This document shows, piece after piece, positions 18,485 to 26,305 of a stretch of DNA of 64,000 nt. The notes under the pieces are model-generated. The model was not told the origin of the DNA. It ran no database searches and saw only the letters and a program-made list of their open reading frames with translations. The translations under genes and the position numbers were made by a program. Where the stretch lies: positions 4,912 through 68,911 of IMG/VR virus record IMGVR_UViG_3300042562_003539; one strand, given 5' to 3'. Within the stretch, counting starts at the first letter, position 1; every line of letters starts with the position of its first letter. This stretch comes from a virus.

Positions 18485-18988
18485 CTATGCATTCTTCTTA
18501 GCCTTATAGTTTCTTTTCACAATATTTTTTTTGACTTCATTCATATCAAGAACGAATTCATAAGCATCGTGAAGTGGACCAAAATAATTTTTACGAACCT
18601 TTATTGCAGTAAAACTAATTGCCTTTAAAAATTGATGACAATTTAAGTTTTGATCACTGACAATCACATTTATTTTATTTCTCGGACCTTGTGTTGAAGA
18701 TCTAATTTTTGTTATCAAATATTGGATCATGCGATTCCCATAGCCCTTACGACACATTTTGGGATCAACAGCCAAACTTATAACATTATAACAATTTTTA
18801 CCCAAACTGAAAATAAGATACCCAATTATATTATGATCTTTTTCAATAACAAGACCAACATTGTCTTTATTTTTAAGACAAATATCAAAATCCCTTTCAT
18901 CCCAAGGAAAAGGAAAACATTGATTTTCTATCTCAATGATTGAAGAAATGTCGCTTTGCAGTATCCATCGCATCGTCGGTTCTGACAT
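18485..18988 (-). CDS. rimI: RimI-like GNAT N-acetyltransferase
   Basis: IENQCFPFPW, LAVDPKMCRKGYG acetyl-CoA motif, V...N, RKNYF..DAY. Confidence 0.75.
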   Translation of the reverse strand: MSEPTMRWILQSDISSIIEIENQCFPFPWDERDFDICLKNKDNVGLVIEKDHNIIGYLIFSLGKNCYNVISLAVDPKMCRKGYGNRMIQYLITKIRSSTQGPRNKINVIVSDQNLNCHQFLKAISFTAIKVRKNYFGPLHDAYEFVLDMNEVKKNIVKRNYKAKKNA

Positions 18989-19010
18989 GTTATGTCCCCT
19001 TCCTAGAGAC

Positions 19011-19038
19011 AATATACAAAATAAATAATTTAAGTCAA
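19011..19038 (-). promoter_or_regulatory. sigma70-type promoter
   Basis: TTGACT-N16-TATATT upstream of the rimI-like gene. Confidence 0.55.
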
Positions 19039-19040
19039 TC

Positions 19041-19544
19041 TTATTTTAAATAATCTTCAAATGTGCAAGAATTTTTATTAGCATCGGTTTTATTAGCATC
19101 GGTATCGTAAATATCACGATTAAGAACTTTCATTTCTTGTCTTAAAGAATGACCTCTATTTTGTACATTTTCATGATTCTTGTCCCATGCTTTCAAATGA
19201 GCCTTAATATGCCCGACAACTTCTTTCCTATCAATAACATGTCTTTTTGCAGCAACAACATCAACATTTGCTGTTGAATAAGCCTTGGCATAATTATCTG
19301 AATTTCCAGCGTCTTTTGATTCAATGAATCTCAAACTATAAATCGCTTCCGAATCAACTTCTGCAATCAATAATTCTTTCTGAGCATATTCCAGTTGTTT
19401 ACCCAAATAATCAACCCATCCATATTCTTTGCTCATATATTCTGGGAGATTATTTTCATTATATTTCATGTTATCAGGGTCGAGAATAATCTCTTTGCCC
19501 TGAACTGTTACTCGAACTTTTTCCAAAGGTGCATCAATGGCCAT
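19041..19544 (-). CDS. UvsY-like recombination mediator (helical)
   Basis: 167-aa helical protein (start MAIDAP, GGAG RBS) downstream of the helicase; size and pattern fit UvsY-like proteins. Confidence 0.55.
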   Translation of the reverse strand: MAIDAPLEKVRVTVQGKEIILDPDNMKYNENNLPEYMSKEYGWVDYLGKQLEYAQKELLIAEVDSEAIYSLRFIESKDAGNSDNYAKAYSTANVDVVAAKRHVIDRKEVVGHIKAHLKAWDKNHENVQNRGHSLRQEMKVLNRDIYDTDANKTDANKNSCTFEDYLK

Positions 19545-19695
19545 ATAATGACTCTCCAATAAAAAAACAAGCCTTATCAGCAGTAAAATAACTACGATCA
19601 AATTGATCTGGAGGATGACCTCCATCAGGACCAAGTCCATATTTAGGACTATTATAGATTTTAGCAACATCATTTATGTTTTCAAACTGTCTCAC
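19534..19695 (-). CDS. small hypothetical protein (53 aa)
   Basis: Hand translation MRQFENIND...SLYGH; GAGGG RBS and GTG start; fills operon gap. Confidence 0.45.
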   Translation of the reverse strand: MRQFENINDVAKIYNSPKYGLGPDGGHPPDQFDRSYFTADKACFFIGESLYGH

Positions 19696-19697
19696 AA

Positions 19698-19871
19698 TTA
19701 TCCCTCAAATTGCTGACCATTAATTGTCAAACTTACCTTGTTGGGATGGATAGTACGAATAATATTGGCGGCTTCTTGCGGAGAATTAGCCTCAACTTCG
19801 TCAACCAAAACTTGAGTTGGATGATTGACATATTCATTCAGAACATTTTCAAAAACTTTATATTTAGCCAT
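19698..19871 (-). CDS. small hypothetical protein (57 aa)
   Basis: Hand translation MAKYKVFEN...EVEANSPQEA...; GAGG RBS; starts 2 nt after the helicase stop. Confidence 0.65.
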   Translation of the reverse strand: MAKYKVFENVLNEYVNHPTQVLVDEVEANSPQEAANIIRTIHPNKVSLTINGQQFEG

Positions 19872-19873
19872 TT

Positions 19874-21406
19874 TTATGCCTCGTAGGTGTCTTCTTCTGG
19901 AACAAATCCCTTTTTACTGCGCTGCTTCTTGCCCGAAGGAGCATCGCCTACATTGTCCATAGTAACTTCTCCAGCTTTCTTTTCCTGAATCAAGTTCATT
20001 CTTTCACGATATGTATCCTTCGATATTTCAAACATGTCAAGAGTACCAATCTTATAATCAAAGCCAATCTTAAATGCAAACCTTGACCGACCATTCCTGT
20101 GCTTAATGACAAAAACCCTTCCAACTTCAGCATCTTTTTCAAGAACTTGCTGATTAATTGACCAGAAAGCATCAAGAGGTTTGAACTGATCAAAGCTAGT
20201 GCCAATATTAGATTCATCAATATATTGACCAACTTCAAGTTTTGCAGCACTTTGGTTTGGCTGAACACATGTAAATGTACAATGACCTTTTTCAACTCCA
20301 TAACCACGAAGATCACGCAAAATACGATAAGCACTTTCATATTTTTTAACTGATGGATCGTCTTTCATTTCACCAACATAGTCAACAATTAAAACATTAG
20401 GCTTCCATCCTCTTAATTCTAATTGCGCCATATATGCTCTAATTCCATTGACATCAATCTGACCGCCGGGAAACTGTTTGACGTGCAATAGATTTGGATC
20501 TTCTTTTTCCTTTTTGAATTCTTCAATAGTTGCTTTAATTTCATCCTTCATATCACGAAGATTATTGATGTCCATCTTGGCAAACTGACTTGTAAATCTC
20601 TGAACAATACCAAGCTCATCCATTTCCAATGTAATATAAAGAACCTTATGGCCAAGTAAAACATTCTGAACAGCAGTTTTTACTAGAGCTAGAGACTTAC
20701 CAGTTCCCGGCAAGCCAATCCAACTTCCAATCTGACCAGCAAACAATCCGCCGCCCGTCAAGGCATTGTCAATCGCTGGGAAACCCGATGTGAATCTATC
20801 TTTACCAATGAATACATCATCCATACGACGAAACATTTCGTCAATATTCATGAAGTATTCAAGACCCGGTTCGTAAGACCTATCCACGAGCATGGCTTCA
20901 CGCATTTTTTCGTAAACAAAACTCCATGTTTTTTCATCTTCAGGAGCCTCTTGCATTTTTTCCAAACTAGAATGGAAAGCAAGCTTTACAGCTTGAACTT
21001 TAGCAAAATATGTTACCTTGTCTATCAGGTATTCACGAGAATCAACTCCCGGGACATAATAGTCATAAACACTTTTCAATTCAGCTTGATAATGCAACTG
21101 AATTGTACGATCACGATCTTTAAGGGCATTAGATAATTCTTGCTGAAGTATCCAATCCTTTGGTATAGACTTTTTGGTGCTAAAATATTCAAGAAGAATA
21201 CGACAAATAATTACATGAGCCTCATTGCTAAAATATTCAGGTTTAATTTTATCCATCGACTGAACAAGCATATAATCATCAGTCAAAATCATCGCCAACA
21301 ATCTGCGCTGAAAAGTATCATCCCATGCAAATTTAGGCCTAATGACTTCTGGGTCAGTCATTGATTCAAGCTTGGCTTGTTCTTCTGGTGTGAGTTCACG
21401 CATCAA
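19874..21406 (-). CDS. replicative DnaB-like helicase (T4 gp41-like)
   Basis: TSGFPAIDNALTGGG, GLPGTGKS, YITLEM, LIVDY, Q.N, KHRNG. Confidence 0.92.
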   Translation of the reverse strand: MMRELTPEEQAKLESMTDPEVIRPKFAWDDTFQRRLLAMILTDDYMLVQSMDKIKPEYFSNEAHVIICRILLEYFSTKKSIPKDWILQQELSNALKDRDRTIQLHYQAELKSVYDYYVPGVDSREYLIDKVTYFAKVQAVKLAFHSSLEKMQEAPEDEKTWSFVYEKMREAMLVDRSYEPGLEYFMNIDEMFRRMDDVFIGKDRFTSGFPAIDNALTGGGLFAGQIGSWIGLPGTGKSLALVKTAVQNVLLGHKVLYITLEMDELGIVQRFTSQFAKMDINNLRDMKDEIKATIEEFKKEKEDPNLLHVKQFPGGQIDVNGIRAYMAQLELRGWKPNVLIVDYVGEMKDDPSVKKYESAYRILRDLRGYGVEKGHCTFTCVQPNQSAAKLEVGQYIDESNIGTSFDQFKPLDAFWSINQQVLEKDAEVGRVFVIKHRNGRSRFAFKIGFDYKIGTLDMFEISKDTYRERMNLIQEKKAGEVTMDNVGDAPSGKKQRSKKGFVPEEDTYEA

Positions 21407-21466
21407 TTATTCCTGTAGGCTCACACCAGAATAACACAAAAATATGAAATCATCTAGATTAATTTG

Positions 21467-21569
21467 AAAAAAATGAGCAGCACGCCGTTAAACTCAGCCA
21501 TTGCGAACTATGTAAATTAATTAAATGTATTTTATAAAATATGGTCAGGACGGCGAACTATACTGCTCA
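21467..21569 (-). other. ~100-nt interrupted hairpin with U-tail (terminator-like or small RNA)
   Basis: TGAGCAG/CTGCTCA and CGCCGT/ACGGCG arms around an AT-rich core. Confidence 0.5.
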
Positions 21570-21585
21570 AAATATTATATTGATC

Positions 21586-22137
21586 TCAATGCAGGAAATC
21601 AAACTCGCTTAATGAAACCATACCACTACGAATTGATTTTTCACGGGTAATTCTTTTACCCATGCTCTTCTGACCATTCCAAACAATTGCCTTGCAATAT
21701 GTCGTGAACTTAGTGTCAATCTTCAAAGGAGCATCTTTTTTAGGCTGCTGATCCTTTGGAACAAATCTATTGATAATGTTTTCAAGTAAATTTTCTTGAA
21801 AGCAACCATATTTCTGTCGGTTGGCTCCGTGACGAGTTCTATTCTCCCAAAGATTTTGAAGCTCTTCCAAAACTTTTTGAATAAAATTATCACTCACATA
21901 CTTCTTAGCTACATCAAGACATCTCTCGATATAAACTTGCCTCTTGTAATAGCTTCCTGCCCTAAGCATACTCATCTGAAGCTCTTGCTTTATATCTTCT
22001 GCGTCATCAATAAAATTATTATTGCTATTCTTCTTTTTCAATTCATGCGCTGCGTGCCAACAAAGCTTGGAAAACTTTTTATCAAGATCAAAAAATTCAA
22101 TTTCAGTAATTGGAAAATTGTGAACAATCTCAATCAT
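21586..22137 (-). CDS. sigma-70 region-2-only factor (gp55-like late sigma candidate) with internal insertion
   Basis: DAEDIKQELQMSMLRA (region 2.2-like) and TKFTTYCKAIVWN (region 2.3-like); no region 4. Confidence 0.6.
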   Translation of the reverse strand: MIEIVHNFPITEIEFFDLDKKFSKLCWHAAHELKKKNSNNNFIDDAEDIKQELQMSMLRAGSYYKRQVYIERCLDVAKKYVSDNFIQKVLEELQNLWENRTRHGANRQKYGCFQENLLENIINRFVPKDQQPKKDAPLKIDTKFTTYCKAIVWNGQKSMGKRITREKSIRSGMVSLSEFDFLH

Positions 22138-22147
22138 TTCTTCTCCT

Positions 22148-23461
22148 TTAAGACGTTTTTATCACTTTCAAATCGTTAAGATTGCGTCCACCACGACATG
22201 AAACCTTCAGTCGAAGTTTAGGACAAAGTTCAGATTCGCTTGTAAGCGCATCCATGCTTTTCTTGAAAATTTGTTTCCAGTTATCTTTAGTTACATAAAT
22301 AACGTAACCGTCATGTACAGTATAAGCAATTTGAGCTTTGCCTTCCAACGCAAAATATAATTTAATCAACTTTTCTAGGCATATCGTTGCAGCAGGAGAC
22401 TGCACAGCAAAATTTCTAGCAAGATATTCCTTGCCAACCTCAAAGTTTGTTCTTCGCTTACCGAAGATATCCTTTGCGTATCCATCTTTTTTAACTTTGC
22501 TTTCGCAATCGGCAACAAATGAAATAGCAGTGGGAAACAAAGAACTAATTCGCTCCACCACTTTCTCAGCCACATCAGCCGCCAAACCACATCTCAAAGA
22601 AAGTGATCGGGCCGACTGTCCATATATAACAGGCAAGAAGCATTTTTTTGCCAATTCCCTATCATTTTTTTCTGGATCACTTGACATCAAGACCTGAAAC
22701 AGTGCCGAATAAATATCATCACACTCACACAAACGCAATAGTTTAGAGTCTTGACTAGAGTTGGCTAACACAAAAACTTCCATACCCTTAAAATCAAAAC
22801 TCATAAATAAATTATCACAACCAATCGGCTTCAAAACATCTTTCAAATCAGATCCCATTGTATGCGGAACAAATGATTTTTTGTAAGCCCCATGACAACG
22901 TAATCGACCGTTTTCCTGACCATCAATCTCGTAGTAAGCGTGTACTTTGGCAGCACGTTCTACATCCAATATTCCTACACTCTCAAGATGAGGCAGAACT
23001 GTCGTCATTAACGGTAAATGAATCTTACGATAAATGTTTTCACTTTCTTTCCACAAACCCGACGAAACCAAATGCTTAATCCTATTCATCGCCTCAACAA
23101 ACGAAACAGGAGCAACTTTTTTAATACCACTAAATGATTCTAATATCTTTATATCAATTATAGAAGCCTTTATATCAAGACTCTTGCCAGTCTTACACAA
23201 AACATAGCTTGAAAAGTTCTTCCAATTCCAAGTAAAAACCTTTTTATCTTTTGAAAACAATGATAATTGCAACATACTCAAAATTAAAGGCAATGTATCA
23301 TCACGAATCATTACTTGAAACGAAACACCATCAGAAAGCATGAACTGAAGCTCATTCTCCAAGTCTTTTTCAGCAATGTCCATGATCTCTGGATTAAACC
23401 GCAAGAAAACGGCTTTCTGATCAATTCCAGATAACAACTTGGCCAGAGATTCAAAATTCAT
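22148..23461 (-). CDS. minimal family A DNA polymerase (thumb deleted, exonuclease degenerate)
   Basis: NGRL, motif A DFKGME, motif B RELAKKCFLPVIYG, FGKRR, NFAVQS, motif C TVHDG; AGGAGG RBS. Confidence 0.85.
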   Translation of the reverse strand: MNFESLAKLLSGIDQKAVFLRFNPEIMDIAEKDLENELQFMLSDGVSFQVMIRDDTLPLILSMLQLSLFSKDKKVFTWNWKNFSSYVLCKTGKSLDIKASIIDIKILESFSGIKKVAPVSFVEAMNRIKHLVSSGLWKESENIYRKIHLPLMTTVLPHLESVGILDVERAAKVHAYYEIDGQENGRLRCHGAYKKSFVPHTMGSDLKDVLKPIGCDNLFMSFDFKGMEVFVLANSSQDSKLLRLCECDDIYSALFQVLMSSDPEKNDRELAKKCFLPVIYGQSARSLSLRCGLAADVAEKVVERISSLFPTAISFVADCESKVKKDGYAKDIFGKRRTNFEVGKEYLARNFAVQSPAATICLEKLIKLYFALEGKAQIAYTVHDGYVIYVTKDNWKQIFKKSMDALTSESELCPKLRLKVSCRGGRNLNDLKVIKTS

Positions 23462-23566
23462 AGATCGTTCCTCCTAGGCCCAATTCTGCAAAACTTTTCC
23501 AGTTAAAACAAGACCAATTTATTTTTGAAATTTTTATTTACAATCAAACTTTGGAACGGGATGCTG

Positions 23567-23975
23567 ACCTAAATGGTAATTGCTGTATAAGTCAGTAAGA
23601 ATAATGACTTATTAGGTAAACAAGATTAGTAGAGCAAAAATTTAGCGTTTAAGCTTATTCTTTTTGTTACTGTCTTATTCACTTCAGCTTTTACCTTTTG
23701 GTTGGTGAAGACTTGCGTACTTTTTTTTGCAGTAAACCTAAGATCGAATAGTCCATGGCATTGTGTTTGTTTGGGAGACACAGGAGCCATGAAAGTCAGC
23801 ATAAATTCTATTCGACTTTACCTCTACTGCCGTGAGAACAATGCTACCCGTAATAGCATTTGTTGTAGAACAACTACAAAGACCTGCCCATGGTATGGGC
23901 CTCACAGGTTAGGCACCTTCATCAACTCAGGTAGTACGAAACCATTGTTGAATCCAGTTGGGGGATTGCCAACCA
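23567..23975 (-). ncRNA. candidate large structured ncRNA upstream of the PolA-like gene
   Basis: At least 10 helices incl. nested multibranch and a possible pseudoknot; strand inferred from the promoter at 23977-24004. Confidence 0.6.
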
Positions 23976-23976
23976 T

Positions 23977-24004
23977 ATTCTACAGATTAAAGCATGAATG
24001 TCAA
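23977..24004 (-). promoter_or_regulatory. sigma70-type promoter firing into the structured element
   Basis: TTGACA (23999-24004)-N16-TAGAAT (23977-23982). Confidence 0.7.
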
Positions 24005-24024
24005 ATATTATTTGCCCCAAAATG

Positions 24025-24912
24025 TCAAAAAACTTGCTTCAACCATTCAATTTTTTGATCATAATTAAAAATAATTTCTGGAAACTCTACTGGCAATTCA
24101 TTAAAAGAACTTCTATCCTCAGGCAATATTTCCCTTACTTTTTCAATCAGCCTTTCATAACAAACACTACCGAAACTACTATTTTTAGTTTTTTGTATGC
24201 TTTCTTGATTAGTTCTATCTAACATCTGTACATCACTAGCAAAACTTAACCAAAATGATATTTTACTTTCTTGATGAAGTTTAAGAAGATTGAATTCAAG
24301 AAGTAGGTCTTCTCCCAATAATTGTTCTTCATCGTACCTTATCATGTTGCTTAATTTTTTACTATAAAATACATGTCCACCTAAATTTCTTGCTGCCTTA
24401 TGACCTAATGTAAATATATCATGCTTTTCGGGTCCATACTTATATCCAAGATTAATAATATTCATGCCCCAACATACTGCATATTTATTTTCTCCAATCT
24501 GATTAGAGCCGTTTGTTTGTTCATTTAAAACTTGATCTGAAGGCTTGACAATTAAAACATCAGTTCCCGGGTGATGCCTCATGTGTTTTTCAATTTGAAT
24601 TGCGCCTGTTGGGTAAAATAGGTCGTCTCCATCAGTGAGACTCAGACCATCATATTCTGAGTTTTGCAAAAAATCTAATACAGAGTTTTTACCCTTACTC
24701 GGAGTGCCATTTGATTCTGTAACTTTATATTTGACATTCTCTTTTTCGCACCATTCTGAAAAATGAGAAACAAATTCTTGATTTTGAGAATTGATAATTG
24801 CAACTGTTTCTATTTCAATGGATTCGGTTGAAAATTGATTGCGACAAGAATTTGTGGCACGAATTGCCTTGTCCATATCACGACTAACTAATGGGCAAAA
24901 TGCTATTTTCAT
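24025..24912 (-). CDS. glycosyltransferase, GT-A fold (GT2-like)
   Basis: SNGTPSKGKN, LTDGDD DxD motif, GEDLL. Confidence 0.7.
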   Translation of the reverse strand: MKIAFCPLVSRDMDKAIRATNSCRNQFSTESIEIETVAIINSQNQEFVSHFSEWCEKENVKYKVTESNGTPSKGKNSVLDFLQNSEYDGLSLTDGDDLFYPTGAIQIEKHMRHHPGTDVLIVKPSDQVLNEQTNGSNQIGENKYAVCWGMNIINLGYKYGPEKHDIFTLGHKAARNLGGHVFYSKKLSNMIRYDEEQLLGEDLLLEFNLLKLHQESKISFWLSFASDVQMLDRTNQESIQKTKNSSFGSVCYERLIEKVREILPEDRSSFNELPVEFPEIIFNYDQKIEWLKQVF

Positions 24913-24951
24913 TTAATACATACCTTGCTTTTCCAAATTTAAAGGAGTAAC

Positions 24952-25665
24952 ATGAAGTCTGAAAAAAAAGAGGATGACTACATGTGGCTCTTAGATGCAG
25001 TTGAAAAGTATAATATGGACGATCTTGAGGCAAAAGCTTGCAATCTTTCTGCAATGTGGCTTGAACAGAGCAGAAAAACATTTCCTGATTATCGTCACTC
25101 AACAATGAAAAAGGGCGACCCTAGAAAGTCTCTCATATTTAAAATAGCATATAAGCTTGCAAGAGAAACTCAGGGAATTCTTGAGAACAATGAATATTCA
25201 CTTTATATCCGTGCTCAGTTAGAAGTTCTTAAATATATAAATTCTGGAAAAGATCATCCTCTTATTGATCCAAACTGCTTAGTTGGCGAAAGAGCTTGGA
25301 AAAGATGGAAGCTTTGGAAGAAAAGGTACGACTCAGTCAAAAATAAACCAGCAGAATCTGTTGCTAATGGAATTGGATTCCAAAAAGCAATTGATGGAAT
25401 TGAAAAAACAAAAGAATTTTTTGCTAAAATATTCGGCTCTGAACACACATTAAACAAAATGCAAGAATGTTATATTAACAATAATATTTTCCGATGGATT
25501 AATCTTGGAAAAATTTCTCCTTATTATCTTGCTATTTCTTCATTTGTTAAAAAAATATTTACAGAAGATGATTATAAGAAAATTAATTTTGAACTTGATG
25601 TTTATATGTCTTGCATTAATGACAATGTCAGAGAAAAATTTAAAGAATTATTTCCTTACGAATAA
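24952..25665 (+). CDS. hypothetical protein
   Basis: 237-aa ORF, AAGGAG RBS. Confidence 0.75.
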   Translation: MKSEKKEDDYMWLLDAVEKYNMDDLEAKACNLSAMWLEQSRKTFPDYRHSTMKKGDPRKSLIFKIAYKLARETQGILENNEYSLYIRAQLEVLKYINSGKDHPLIDPNCLVGERAWKRWKLWKKRYDSVKNKPAESVANGIGFQKAIDGIEKTKEFFAKIFGSEHTLNKMQECYINNNIFRWINLGKISPYYLAISSFVKKIFTEDDYKKINFELDVYMSCINDNVREKFKELFPYE

Positions 25666-26300
25666 TTTTTAAGCCATAAGGCCATAAATCCTCTTGATAA
25701 ACAAGAATCATAATATCCTGTACAATTTGGATGTCGTGCTAGTTCAAAAATATCACTTCTATACTTTTGTTGAATGTGTTGAGGTGTAATTACATCGAGA
25801 CGATATGGTGAAGTATCATGAAATATAGCAACATTATTTAAAATATTACGATCTAAACAAATTTCACATTCTTTTGCACGAATAGTTGTCTCACTATCAA
25901 AAAATCCTATTTCAAATTTATAATTTGTTATATTTAGAAATTCAATGCTATCTGAGCAAATAACTTCTGCATATTTTTTTAAATTATTTTCTTCTAATAT
26001 TTCTTCGACTTTGACACATTGTTTGGAATCATTTTCAATACTGATAACTTTTCCAAATCCATTTAGTTTGCAGGCATGAGCTAAAGCTAAAGTTCCGATT
26101 CCCTCATACGCTCCTGTTTCCAAAACTAATTTTGGTTTTAGGACACGAATTGTAGAATGAATCCAATTTAATACTTCATATTCAGTTGAACCAATATCAA
26201 GAGCATGAAAAAGATGTGATTTTTCTTCTTCTTGATGTGGATGTACCTGATCTTCTCTATTGTACGATGCCCAAGAAGGCATCCATGTTATATCTTTCAT
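25656..26300 (-). CDS. class I SAM-dependent O-methyltransferase
   Basis: KPKLVLETGAYEGIGT, ISIE, DSIEFL, FFDS, FHD. Confidence 0.8.
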   Translation of the reverse strand: MKDITWMPSWASYNREDQVHPHQEEEKSHLFHALDIGSTEYEVLNWIHSTIRVLKPKLVLETGAYEGIGTLALAHACKLNGFGKVISIENDSKQCVKVEEILEENNLKKYAEVICSDSIEFLNITNYKFEIGFFDSETTIRAKECEICLDRNILNNVAIFHDTSPYRLDVITPQHIQQKYRSDIFELARHPNCTGYYDSCLSRGFMALWLKNYS

Positions 26301-26305
26301 AAAAT

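Noticed and set aside
23702-24058. 118-aa plus-strand ORF across the structured element
   Set aside because: No RBS, atypical Cys/Thr-rich composition, antisense to the flanking operon, and coincides with dense base-pairing.
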